In this document: piece after piece, positions 31,571 to 48,009 of the stretch
Position numbering within the stretch: the stretch's first letter is position 1
Layout of the letters: every line of letters begins with the position of its first letter
Program-made: the position numbers and the translations under genes
The notes under the pieces: generated by a model
Databases searched by the model: none
The model's input: the letters and a program-made list of their open reading frames with translations, nothing else
What the model was told of the DNA's origin: nothing
NCBI RefSeq assembly: GCF_009914755.1
Contig: NC_060933.1
Reading direction: 5' to 3' (one strand)
From: the human T2T-CHM13v2.0 reference genome, Homo sapiens
DNA length: 64,000 nt

Positions 31571-32319
31571 GCTGAAGAGCAGTATTCATACTGTGTGCTG
31601 CTGATTTAATATATCAACATGCAGAGTTGTGTAAGTGAGAAAAGCGACTTGCATAATATATATGGTGATTTTAAAGGGTGTGTGTGTGTATGTGTGATAC
31701 ACACACCAAACTGGCTGCGGCTGGGGAGTGAGACTGAGTAGCTAGACAGGTAGGTAGCCTTTTATTCTTTACTTGAGGCACATATGTATGCTTGATATTT
31801 TTTTTCTTAAATGAGCTTGTATTACTTCTATAAATAACTTCAAAAGGCAGAGTTGTGCCTCATATTGCAGGTTAAGCACTGTTCCCCAATCTAACTATAT
31901 AAACCACCCTTCATGGCGAGTATTTTCACTTACTTTCAAGAGAAAGGTGAAAGAAGAGACAAATGCACCGGACCAAATGCCAGGAAGATAAATTTAAAGT
32001 GGAATGAAGAAAGAGCTGTATGTGAGTGAATGCCTGGGACAGGCCCCCCAGTGTTAGCTGTGAGCCTGTGCTGCACCCTCTCTGGTGAACCCGGTCTTCG
32101 TGTCCAGGAACCCCTGGCACAAAAAGTAGCAGCTCCTGTTAGGGGCATTGGTCACCTCCTTGGGGGAGTGTGTCCTTCTTTTCTCTGCTAATGTGTTACC
32201 TTCAGTAGCGACAATATAAACAGAGAATTTATGCATATCCATGTTCCTGGCGTTTCTACCTGACTTTCCTCCAACCTAGTCATTCTTAGCCTGGGATACA
32301 CAACCCCCATCCACCCAGG

Positions 32320-32831
32320 AATATAGAGATAGAATTCAGGGGTGCTATGAATTTGGATGGAGAAAAATTACATCTTTACTTCCACTAACCTTTCATCTAA
32401 GCATAGCGTTTCCTTTATTTATGAATGTGGGTAATAAACTGTAGTAGTATTAGCCGTGGTGGTGAATTTGTCACCAATAGAAATCATAGATGCATGCATT
32501 TCATGTCACAGATGTTGCAGATCTTTTGAAAACATCATTTACATACCACTTTTTAGAGATTATCGTAATAAGTCTAGTTATTTAATGTGTTAAATATGAA
32601 GCACATGTATTGCTATATTGTATTTTAAGTTATTTTAATAACTACTAAATATAGTTGGTTGTTTTCTGTGTCTATGTATTTTAATTTATGGACTTAAAAT
32701 AATTATTCTGAAATGAGAACCAAAGCCTTTTTACTTTATATATTTAAAATCATTGTTCTGAAAACAAATCTGTCCCTAGGCTTCCCCAGACTGCTAAAAG
32801 GTCCATGGTACAAAAAAGGTTATGAACCCTG
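32320..32831. mobile_element. hAT-Charlie DNA transposon fossil (Charlie4-like)
   Basis: Ends aggcttccccagactgctaaaaggtccatggtacaaaaaaggttatgaaccctg. Confidence 0.55.
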
Positions 32832-33598
32832 ACCCGGCAGGAGTCCTCAATGGTGACATAAATGCATCAATATCCAGGCCTGGGACACAGGCTGTACCAC
32901 TGATTCCCTGTGTGGCCTAAATGCTTCACGTCTGTTTTGCCATCTATCAAATGTTCTCTGATTCTGTGGCATCTAGTGTATTTTTTTTTTTAGCTCTTAC
33001 ATTACTCTGAGATCACGATTAGCAGCAATCACTCCTTGCGACTGGAAAAACACTAAATGCAGTGCTTTTCCAGCTTGTTAAACCACTGATTTCTATTTCC
33101 CCTGTGGAGAAGGAGAGGAACACACTTGAGGATAAATCAACAAGGAATGATTAAGCACCTCCTAGGATGGCAGACTACATTTCAGAAGCTAGTGTTCTCT
33201 GTTTTTTGTTTTGTTTGTTTGTTTTTTTTCCTGTCTGTTTCTAGTACAATAGGATAGAGCCCTCTTAGAAAAGAACACCATCGTTAGTTTATCCTGCCTA
33301 ATCTTTTTTCCTCCCAGCTTGAAAAAGACCCCCCCATGGGACTATGGTTGACTTAGTGAATGAGCTAAACCCTGTTGTGATAAGAGAAGCATGAATGTAA
33401 CTTTGCTCCTGCAATCCCAGCCAGTGTCAGTGTGGACAAAACTGGATAGTTTTCTACCTTAAAATCCCCTTGATTCAGGTTTAAACTTTTATATTTTAGG
33501 TATATACTTGGGTATAGTTCTGACAACACTCAAATTTTCATTGTAGAACCAAAGGTCAGATTATTCAGAAATGACTTAGGTTAGATAAAAGGCAATGT

Positions 33599-33930
33599 GG
33601 CCTGGCATGGTGGCTCACGCCTGTAATCCCAGCACTTTGGGAGCCCAATGCAGGTGGATCGCCTGAGGTCAGGAGTTTGAGTCCAGCCTGGCCAACATGG
33701 TGAAAACTCATCTCTACTAAAAATACAAAAATTAGCTGGCTGTGGTGGCGGGCACCTGCAATCCCAGCTACTTGGGAGGCTGAGGCAGGAGAATCACTTG
33801 AACCTGTGTGACGAAGTTGCAGTGAGCCGAGACTGTGCCACGGGAGGCCAAGGTTGCAGTGGGCACCAAGATTGGCCACTGCACTCCAGCCTGGGTGACA
33901 GGAGCAAAACTCCGTCAAAAAAAAAAAAAA
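33599..33930 (+). mobile_element. Alu with an internal right-arm duplication
   Basis: Two gttgcagtg segments between 33806 and 33879. Confidence 0.9.
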
Positions 33931-34438
33931 TGGAAATGGGTGGGGCATTGTAGCATTTCTGAGTTGAATGAGGTCCTGGGGATCACCTGGCCCACCCCTT
34001 TCAGTTTTGGAAGGAGACCTGGCCTGCCTGGGAACCCGCTAGAATGCCTGGCTAGCTGCTGCTTCTCTGCTCCTGCAGTCGCAATGCTTCCCTCACACGT
34101 TAATACAATCAGCCAGCTCCTCAACACTCAGCAGCAAGCACAATACCTGGCTCGTAGTGTCAGTAAATGTTGGTCCCAAAGCTTGGAGTGCATAGTATTG
34201 TAATTGGTCCATGGGTCCAACTAGGAATGTCTCCACGGAGAGAGGATGTGGGTGCAAGAGGACAGTGCGGGGAGCCGGAAGCCATGTGGTGACCTCGGGC
34301 TGCGGTGCTTCCAGTTCACCATGAATTCTTAGCACAGCACTGGACTCCCCAACCCAGACACAAGCAGGAAAGGCAACAAGAAAGGAACTAGGATGGGGAA
34401 ATGTCCCGGGGGGCATAGAGATGATTGAAAAATGCAGT

Positions 34439-34944
<506 letters not shown>

Positions 34945-35074
34945 TCAAAAGAGCACATAAACAAAGCTAAGACCTTCTCTAATGCATATAACTTCTTCAT
35001 TAGGAAGAAAATGATAAATTACAACATTTATTTTTCACTGTTTTATTTTTAAAGATAATAATTGCAATCATTAA

Positions 35075-35384
35075 TTTTCTTTTTTTTTTTGAGACAGTCT
35101 CGCTCTGTCGCCCAGGCTGGAGTGCAATGACGCGATCTCGACTCACTGCAACCTCCACCTCCTGGGTTCAAGTGATTCTTCTGTCTCAACCTCCTGATTG
35201 GCTCTGACTACAGGCGTGCGCCACCGCGCCCTGCTAATTTTTGCATTTTTAGTAGAGATGGAATTTCACCGTGTTGGCCAGGCTGGTCGTGAACTCCTGA
35301 CCTCAGGTGATCTGCCACCCCCCCCCCCCCCGACTTGGCCTCCCAAAGCGCTGGGATTACGGGTGTGAGCCACTGAGTCCCGCC
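35075..35384 (-). mobile_element. Alu containing a poly-C run
   Basis: Reverse Alu; C run at about 35318-35331. Confidence 0.92.
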
Positions 35385-36401
35385 AATCATTAAATATTTA
35401 TTGAGCCTTTAATATGCACTAGACACTGAGCTAAGGTGCTTTATGTGTATCATTTCATGTGTCCTCACAATGATGCAGTACTCCTGTACTGATCTTTACT
35501 TATGAGGCATTTGAAACACAGAGAGGTTAAGTAGATTGCTCGTCACACAGCTAGGGTGAGTATAACCAACAGCCAAACCGGGGTTCTGGCCTTGGAGCCT
35601 GTGCTCTTGACCACCATGCATATGGTTCCACTGATGGCTGAGTTACGTGAAGACTCCTGTAGAGTCAGGGCTTGGAAAGGGAAGATCTCACCTGCTGTTT
35701 AAAGAAATAGGTAAGTAGAGAGTGGGGAGGAAATTCAAGGAACAGAAAATGACAATGTGCGAAAGTGTAGAGTTGGGAATATTCATGAGTCTTCGGAGGA
35801 ACTAGAAAGGGCCCAGTGCCCAGAGGAGCTGAGCGTGGAGCAGGCAGCAGACCAATAGCAGTAAGCCAAGAACATCAAACTGCCTGGGGCTAGACTTGGG
35901 CTTGTTTGCCAGTGCCTCCCAAGTGTTCCTATTAGCACATGTTAATCCAAGCCACTTGAAAAAAGGGACTCTTGCCTCTAAGAGTGAAAAATGCCTGCAT
36001 AATGCTCGGCAGTATGTGATGATAAACCACTCTCCTAGACTTGGAAAGGTCATCCAATGCAGCCCCAAAGAGGCCCAAGTATCTTCTACAGAATCCACGC
36101 CAAATCACCACTCCCACCTGCCCCTTGTCTTTTCATTTTTGCGAGACTAAATACCCCCACTTCTGTTCTTCATACACCAGGGTTTCAAGACCCTTCATCA
36201 TTCTGTTCCTGCTCCTCTAAATATAGTCCAGTCTGGATATTTTAGTTCTTACAGAGAGGGGCTGAATCCTCCAGGTGAGGTCTGCCAGCTAACAAGAGAG
36301 CTGTATTGTCTTCTCTATTCCAAATTTTATTTTATTAACGAAACCTACAATCATTTTCTTTTTTTACTTCATTCTGATAATACATTGTTGATTCATATTC
36401 A

Positions 36402-36813
<412 letters not shown>

Positions 36814-37146
36814 TTATAAAGGAAGAAACAGGAGTATTGGGACAAAGCAATCTTTCAACTGGAGGCTTCAAAACAGCCAGAGAGAAAAAGCTGAAGGGTG
36901 TTGTTCTTACCTTCCCCTGTTGTTTTTAAGTTAAAAAAAGAAATTATGCATAATTCATAGCGTCACTGATGCCTCGAAAGGTGAGAGGCATATGTTTGTG
37001 TCCCTGTGGGGTTGTTTTCTTTTTTAAAAACCTGAAAATGAGGAAATGAATCTCGTAAGCTCTGAGTCGAGAAAATCTAACATCTCAGGTTCTTGGCAGG
37101 ACATGTGATACCAATCAGGCCTCTTATAAGATATTGGCCCTGAGGG

Positions 37147-37167
37147 CCCTTTCTCTTTCCATCTCAG
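37147..37167 (+). promoter_or_regulatory. TAL2: Splice acceptor 10 nt upstream of the TAL2 ATG
   Basis: ccctttctctttccatctcAG|GAACTCAAACATG: a long pyrimidine tract ending in CAG|G. Confidence 0.75.
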
Positions 37168-37177
37168 GAACTCAAAC

Positions 37178-37504
37178 ATGACCAGGAAGATCTTCACAAA
37201 TACCAGGGAGCGGTGGAGGCAGCAGAATGTCAACAGCGCCTTTGCCAAGCTGAGGAAGCTCATCCCCACTCACCCTCCAGACAAAAAGCTGAGCAAAAAT
37301 GAAACGCTTCGCCTGGCAATGAGGTATATCAACTTCTTGGTCAAGGTCTTGGGGGAGCAAAGCCTGCAACAAACGGGAGTGGCTGCTCAGGGGAACATTC
37401 TGGGGCTCTTCCCTCAAGGACCCCACCTGCCAGGCCTGGAGGACAGAACTCTGCTTGAGAACTACCAGGTTCCTTCACCTGGTCCAAGCCACCACATTCC
37501 TTAG
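37178..37504 (+). CDS. TAL2: T-cell acute lymphocytic leukemia protein 2, class II bHLH transcription factor (108 aa)
   Basis: [54 protein letters not shown] is a TAL1/LYL1-family bHLH. The 108 aa length and position next to FKTN match TAL2. Confidence 0.98.
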   Translation: MTRKIFTNTRERWRQQNVNSAFAKLRKLIPTHPPDKKLSKNETLRLAMRYINFLVKVLGEQSLQQTGVAAQGNILGLFPQGPHLPGLEDRTLLENYQVPSPGPSHHIP

Positions 37505-37780
37505 TGTGGCTCTGGCTGTCATCTCCCAGGGCAGCACTTGCCCAGAAATCACTGCCTGTGGACAGACTTTTGCATGTTCCAGAGTTGACCTGATGATAAC
37601 TCGTGAAGCATGAATTCTAGCTTCCTGGGAGGTGGCTCAGAGACAGCTGCAGGGAGCTGAAAGAAGCCATGAGGAATGTCACTTGTGGGCCGCCACCCCC
37701 CAGGGATGTCAGGTAGAGCGGCCTACCTCTGCCTATTTTAAATCCAGGTTCTGCATAAGACTTTTGGAGAAAAAATTCTA

Positions 37781-37786
37781 AATAAA
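37781..37786 (+). terminator. TAL2: Probable TAL2 polyadenylation signal
   Basis: AATAAA about 280 nt after the stop, running into a genomic A tract. Confidence 0.65.
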
Positions 37787-37844
37787 AAAAAAAAAAGGCT
37801 GAAAATCACTGTTTATACTCAATGTCTTCAGTTATAAGAAAGAA

Positions 37845-39065
<1,221 letters not shown>

Positions 39066-40187
39066 TCAAGCTTAGTCTTAGGCTTGGAGGCCTGGTACCC
39101 AACAAGTCAGTGAAATAGCACGGATCTGGCAGAAGCCATCACCATATGCCACCCTGATGATACTTGGAGTCAAAGATAAATCCTATAGTTGAACCTGGAA
39201 TACAAATAATGTTATTTGATTATCTCTGGGACATTTTCCTTCCCCAAAGTTCTTGACAGTACATTGGTTTTAAAACCTTCTAAACCATACGTAGGAAACT
39301 GATGGATTTGAGATTAGGGATTTCCAGTATATACACAACAGAGGAATTTAAATTTCCTGCCACTCAGAAATAAGGTGTTTTACTTGTGAAAGGTTGAAAT
39401 GAGCCTCCTTGGTCTGGTGATTGGAAGAAAGCTGGATGAAACTCTTACAATCTCATTCTCCCGAAATAGAAAGGTCATTATGTCATTAAATTCTATACAG
39501 CATTCACACTTGTAACACAATGCATTTATTTGAACCAGTAAGATTTCCTTCTAGGCCCTTTATTTAAACTGTATTTGGTAAACTTCCCCACGGACCCAGC
39601 ATAGTCCAGGGAAACACATAAGAAAAGAGATCAAAATGGTTTTCCTGAATGTGCATTTTTTTTTTTCTCACTAGCTTATGTGGACACAAGCTTACCCCCA
39701 AATTACCAGGTGATAGTACATTTCAAAGTTTTGATGACAGTTGTCAATTAACATCACTTACTCTCTCATCTGAAATTAAATCAAAATAACACTTTTGACG
39801 GTATTTTTATATTAGCTTTGTTTCAACATGTTGCCAAGGAAAGCACAGAGTATCTCTTTGCCTAGATATAGGATTTTGCCCCTCTACCCAGGATGAGTCC
39901 ACTTTTCTGCTGCTGGGGCCATGATCTGTGTCAAAGGGGGCCATGATCTTCGACAAAGAGGGCCTTTCCGCTGAAATGTAACAGAGTGCTCCTGAAAAGT
40001 CATGAGGAGATCAAGTTCTCATTAAACTATGTGAGGGGGAAATTATTTAAAGAAATTTGCAAATAATCCTATAATTAATAAATGAAACTTTAAATCATTA
40101 ATTTATGTATTTCACCTCCTAAATGATTTCTTTTGCCTGCTTGCATTTTTGTACACCAAGTCATGTTTGGTTAAAGTGACTGTTACG

Positions 40188-40331
40188 TCAGGTGTGTTGG
40201 CATGTGCCTGTACTCCCAGCTACTCGGGAGGCTGAGGCGGGAGGACTGCTTGATATTAGGAGTTTGAGGCCAGCCTGAGCAACATAGTGATACCTGTCTC
40301 AAAGAAAAGAAAGAAGGAAAGAGAAAAAAAA
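40188..40331 (+). mobile_element. Alu monomer (FLAM-A-like)
   Basis: Single-arm Alu with purine-rich tail. Confidence 0.75.
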
Positions 40332-40602
40332 GAAGGTGTCTGCCAAAAAGAAAATATAGTCAATTGTGGACCAAAACCTTGACAAGGTATCCATGAGACT
40401 GGAAGCTAACTCAAAAATCATTCTAGAGTCTTCTCTGGTGTCCTATACTTAAGGCTTGGTGATGGCAGTAGCAAGAATTTATGATTCAAAAACATTACGG
40501 TTCACTGGATGGTACATCTGTTTATAGATCATTTGAGCCCAACAGAATAGTTTGAACAGATTATATAACCTATGCTACTCTGTAACTTAAACAAAAGTGT
40601 TT

Positions 40603-40887
<285 letters not shown>

Positions 40888-41902
40888 GTGTTTAGTCTGC
40901 TATGGACACCACTAGAAACTTCTAGAAACCAGGTATAAACAGGTCCATTGATTCATATAGATCATTTGATGGTCTAATGCCGGTCCCTCATTTTACAGAG
41001 GAGAAAATGGTTCTAGAGGGATTTGAAGTGACTGTCCAGAGGCCACATGCGCAGTTAGTGGAAACCCAGGACCCAGATCTAGGTCTGCAGACACTGTGTT
41101 TAGCCTTTCTACGGCCCTGTTCAGCCACCAAGTATTTTAGGATTGAAAATGAAAAAGCACCTTATCATTATGCTTGTCTCTTTTCAATAGCATTCAGTAA
41201 TCTTCTTCATATGTCTTTTTACTGAAATTAAATTATTGTACTTTGTAAAATGTGATTAGATATATCAACCAAAGATTTTATTTGTTGATGTTTTGTGAGT
41301 TTTTAACCATTGACTATAATTTGTTATTTAACTGTTAATTTATTGCAAATAAATTATTTAAGAAAACAAATTGTTCATTTAAAGAAAAATTTCATAAATT
41401 TACTAAGCACATTCACCCCTTCTCTCATCTTCCCAGCCACTATCCTGGCTTTGACATGTCCCCCCACCCCCCACCAGCTCCCCCGTGGTCTTTAGTATAG
41501 AAAAAAACCCAGCGTCACCTGAAATCAGTCTTCTTCCTCTTCATGTCACTTTTCTCACAGCTCCCTAATGGTCCTTCTCAAATCACGGCTGTAGTCATAT
41601 CACTTCTCTGCTACAAAACCTTCAGTATCTTGTCTACCAGATTGAGACAAATGCCATACCCTAGCAAACCAGGCCCTCTGCATCCTGGCCCCAGTGTGTC
41701 CTTCCCTTCACCCTCCACAATGCCTATACGTATGGTACATGCCAATGAAACTACTTTAGTTAAAGATCCCCAAACATGCCCACTCTTTTTTACTCCTGAC
41801 TTTACTCCTGTGATGCCAAAGGCTTGGATTAATGCTCCCATTCTCACTTGTTCTACTCGCCCCTCCACCTGTGCCAAATTCCACATGGCTGATCTTTTTT
41901 CT

Positions 41903-42164
41903 TCTGGTTGGAGTGCAGTGGCACCATCACTACAGCCTCAAACTCCTGGGCTCAAGGGATCCTCCTGCCTCAGCCTCCTGAGTAGCTGGGACTACAGGTG
42001 CATGTCACCACACTCGGCTAAAAATTTTTTTATTTTTTATTTTTTTTGTAGAAATGGTCTTGCCATCTTGCTCAGGCTGGTCTCAACCTCTTGGGCTCAA
42101 GCAATCCTCCTGCCTCAACCTCCCAAAGTGCTGGGACTACAGGCATGAGCCACTGCACCAGCCC
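41903..42164 (-). mobile_element. AluJ
   Basis: Diverged reverse Alu. Confidence 0.85.
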
Positions 42165-43214
42165 ATGGGATCTTAAACACCATCTCTTACATGAAGTCCT
42201 CCTAGATTTCTACTACTTAATCTAACCTCTCTTTCCTTAGAATCCCCTTATATGCTTTATGATCCTTACTTCTCCTACCTTCTGTTATAGATAACTGTGT
42301 GTATTCTGTTTCCCCTAAAAAGCTAAAATTTGCTTGAGTTCAGGAAGAGTTTCTAATATTTAATCTCTACAGCAGCACTGCAAATGACCCCCACTTTCAA
42401 AATGTGAAAACTTATGTCAAGACTGGCTCTGTTAAGAGTACTCTTTTAGCTTTCTCTAAAAGATGACATTGAAATGAAACTTGAACAGGCTGAATTTTTC
42501 TGAGAAACCCAAAGTCTAATACTCTTCTGAAAAGTTAGCTTCTCATTATTCCTATTCAAGGATACCCCTGGCAGCACCTGCCTTATGAGGTTTCATCACC
42601 TAAGAATGGCTTGAGACGGCCAAAATAAGTATAAGTTATGCACGACTGGCTTTGTCCCTAAAAAGGCAAAAGATGAAAGAGCCTGGGAGAATGAACAGCT
42701 TAACTGCTGACCCACAGGCCAAAGGTTAGTCAAAAGTCACATCGTTAAATAAAAAGGTCAAAGATAAGGAGGAAATCTAAAAGTCCAATGGCAATGCAAA
42801 GTGAAGGATTTAAAGGGCAGGTGTTAGGAAGGGAATGCCAAGGAATGAATGCAGTTAAGGGATTACAGAAAGCAGGGACAAGGTCTCCTGAACCACACTT
42901 GCACTTCTCCGCTGTTTAGAGTTTACTGTAAACAGAGAAACGCTCCATTTTATTTTCTCTTTATTGCTAATGGCTTAGCACAAAGAGATTTTGAAGAGCA
43001 CTAGATTTATAGATAAGCTTTATGTTTGTAATCTACCAGCTAGCATTTATTCTAAGAATTTAATTTCCAGAGCCAAGAATTCCCTGATAGTCCAATGAAG
43101 CAAACTATTGAATTGTCTTTATTAGTAAACTTTTAAAAAAGAATGTAGTCAATATGCTCATACACTTGAACCTAAGTCATTATCCTTCGAGGAACCTATC
43201 AAAAAACATAATTG

Positions 43215-43595
<381 letters not shown>

Positions 43596-43599
43596 TTAA

Positions 43600-43866
<267 letters not shown>

Positions 43867-45800
43867 TAATATAATATGAGCTATGTTATATTAATTACAT
43901 GACTATATTATATTAATATCACTGTTCCCATTTTGCAGATAAAGAAACTGAAGTGTAGAAGGTTATCTAACTTGCCCAAATTTCCACTGCAGAGCCAGAA
44001 TTTGACCCTCAGTTGTTTTTACTCAAAATCACTGCATTCTGTAAAGTCAGGGTTGCTTTTCACAGATAGCTTTAATTCTTTTTGATCCTAACCACCTTAA
44101 TGGAACCTCGTGAACTAGGTATATTACCCAATAATGATATTGGGTAAACAAACACAACCCCTGGAAAAAAAAAAAAGCTTCCTATTTGGGAGCACCAGGC
44201 TGGAGTTAACACCACGATGAGACACCATGAAAAGACCATCATACTGAGGCAGGCTTGAATGTGATACCTGCAGGTACAACTTGTTAGTTCCATGGTCTGG
44301 ACGTGGTGACGTGCCAACATGACATGATTTTGTTGTTTTCCTGTCACTGCCTTTAACGGGGCTCTGCTTAATCTTCCTTTCCCATCCAGTCATGACAGGT
44401 TGGGCTAGTTTGGGCCAATTTGAAAGTCCATCTCATCTCCTTCCTGTCTCCAACTCCACCCTGGCTCAAGCTTGACCTATGCCTCAAGTGTGTGTTTGCA
44501 GGGGAGGTGCACACTCCCAGGGTGGGAGATCCACTCCTCCACATCTTCTGCTGTCCCCCTTTTGCTTTTAGCTCCTCTGGAGTTGGGGAGGAAGGAGGGT
44601 TTAAGGAAACGGACAAAGTGTTTTGTTCACTAGATATGGAATAGCATTCTTGCTGTCTTCATATATTTTTAAGACTTTTTGCATCAGTTCTTTTTAACTA
44701 TTGATATACAAGTACCTGGTTTAAAAAGACTGAAGAACAGCATACAACAGCCTCTTGGATTCAACAAGACTGTACCTTGCACATAGTCTCATAGCCACTG
44801 AGATCCTCTTCCCACTTTGGAGGAAGTGGAACGTTGTGCTGAAATACCTGGCGTCTGCACCAGTAGCCAGATCACTTAAGCATATTTTTTGAACCTTTCA
44901 CTAAATAAATCAAGATTTGATTTTACCTTATGGCATGTGGATATGTGTATATACACATATGTTTGTGTGTGTGCACCTGTTCTCTTTCCGCTGACTATAG
45001 TACACCTGAGATGGTACAATTGTGCCTCTCACACCTCATATAGGCAATACACAGAGTATGGATTTTGAAAGAGATGTTGATAGTAAGACAGTGGTGACTG
45101 AAAAATGCCTGGGAAGGACTGGATAGTCTGTTACATGAGATCGTTTGGTCTGTAAAAGGAAGTAGGGGATGTCATAACAGTGAAATCTACCGGCATTCCC
45201 CTTACTCCTTTCAGTTTGGACTAGTGAATGACTAGAGAAGGTAAGAGATGAGGCTCAGCTGGCCTAAGACCTAGGGTCTTGGGTTTTCTTTAACATTCTA
45301 GCCAAAGAGGTGGAGGGCATAGAAGATCTACATAATGAGCTAAATCCCACCGGGAGGAGGAGCCTGGAGCAAGGGCTGTAACCTAGGTGTTCTGGGAATG
45401 TTCCCAATCTCGTCACTTGGTATGGTAATATTACAAATGGAATATTACCCTAGAGACACCCCCTCCTCAGCTCCTGTTAGACTGAGGATTAGTGACCTTC
45501 CCTGCAAAAACTGGTTCCATGCTCAGTTTTTAAGCAGTATGTGGGAGGAGAGCCAAAAATGCTCTAATTATCCCTGGATGAATAGATTTTAAAAGGAAGA
45601 AGAGAGAGGGCAACCGAGGACAAAACAATCAAGTAAACAAATGAACAAACAATGTGTTTGCCAAACTGCGACAGGAGGCCTCTAAAAATCAGTTTTTACC
45701 TTGGATCCCTAATCTGGGCAAATAGATTGTGAAATACTCAGGTGCAAAAATTTGTTTTCAGAATACAGTCACATTTATATTTAAAATGGGGTCTGTTTAA

Positions 45801-45920
45801 AATTATTATTATACTTCAAGTTCTCGGATACATGTGCAGAATGTGCAGGTTTGTTACATAGGTATACACGTGCCATAGTGATTTGCTGCACCTATCAATC
45901 CATCATCTACATTAGGTATG
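45801..45920 (-). mobile_element. Severely truncated (~120 bp) L1PA 3' end
   Basis: Reverse L1 3'UTR (ttatacttcaagttctcggatacatgtgcagaatgtgcagg); 17-bp TSD AAATGGGGTCT(G/T)TTTAA at 45784-45800 and 45921-45937. Confidence 0.85.
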
Positions 45921-46487
45921 AAATGGGGTCTTTTTAAGCAAAACTTTAAAAACACCAGATTTTCAAGGTGTAAACATAATTTTTTCCCTTAAGTATTCCT
46001 GTTTAAAAAAATAAGTGTGACCTGGTCAGGTTTAAGTAGATGAGCTAACTGTGTAAAAATGTAAAAATCTGTACATATTATCATGTGTGGGTTATAATTA
46101 TATTAAATTAAAATGGCCTCAATTCAACTGCAATCTTTTATAAGTTGATGGTGTTTTAAGGTCTATAATTTGAATATTTTAGAAGTCAAGTTTAAGATAC
46201 AATTAAGATAGAGAAAAATGATAATATGCCCAAAAGATGGTTATTGAAAAGTCATTTTCTAAAGCTATTTTTAAAGGAAAAAAAAAGGTAAGAGTGGGAT
46301 TAATAACAGGAGCATTTTTTCTTTTGGAAAGTATTTTTGAGTAGATAATTTACTTATATGGTATAAGAATCAAAATTATACTAAAAGAGAAATATTGAAA
46401 AGTCTTATTTCTACCTTGTATCTATCAACCCTATCTCCCATCCCTTTTCAGAGTTTAATTATCATTTAGTAGTTCATTATGCAAATA

Positions 46488-47241
<754 letters not shown>

Positions 47242-47599
47242 TGCTTTTCTCTGGTAACACTATAACCTAAAGATCTTCCCAAATCATAGAGGACTTTCTC
47301 ATTCTTTTTAATATCTGCATGTATTACATCATGTCCATTTGTGTTGTTTCCAGTCTTTTGCTGATACTAATGCTGCTGCAATGAATAACCTGTAACATGT
47401 GATTTCCCAAGGGTGCAGGTACACCTGTAGAATGAATGCAGTCTTAGCAGCATGTATGGGTGTTCTTGTTTCTGCACAAATTCACCTTCATGTTATGTTG
47501 ACAATTGCTGGGATACTTGCCAATCTGATAGGTGAAAATGTTATCTCAATGTGGTTTTAGTTTGCCTTTTTCTTTTTATGATGAGGCTGACATCGTATG

Positions 47600-48009
47600 T
47601 GATGAAAGAAAAACTTCAGCCAAATAAAATTTAAAGGAGCTTAATTGAGCAATGAACAATTTGCAAATCAGGCAGCCTTCCGAGCCAGAGCAGGCTCTGA
47701 GGCTCCAGCACAGCCAATGTGGTGAAAGATTTATGGACAGAAAAAGGAAAGTGACATACATAAAAGGGAAGTGACATACATAAAAGGGAAGTGAGGTACA
47801 GAAATAGCTGGATTGGTTACAGGTGGGCATTTGCCTTATTTGAACGTGGTTTGAACAGTTGGCTACATTTGAATGGCCAAAACTTGGTGATTGGCACAAG
47901 TGTAGACTATGGTGGGTTTACTTGTTATGGGTTCACGATGTACAGAGAAACCTTTAGTCTGAACTTAAAATATGTAAGGAGGCAGCATTACGCTAAACTT
48001 GATTTAACA
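47600..48009 (-). mobile_element. ERV1 solo LTR (MER57A-like)
   Basis: Reverse complement begins tgttaaatcaagtttagcgtaatgctgcctccttacatattttaagttcag. Confidence 0.75.

Noticed and set aside
37178-37796. TAL2 as a processed pseudogene (intronless CDS, AATAAA plus genomic A run)
   Set aside because: Intact ORF, upstream splice acceptor, no TSD, and it is the recognised TAL2 locus. The A run may cause internal priming artefacts.
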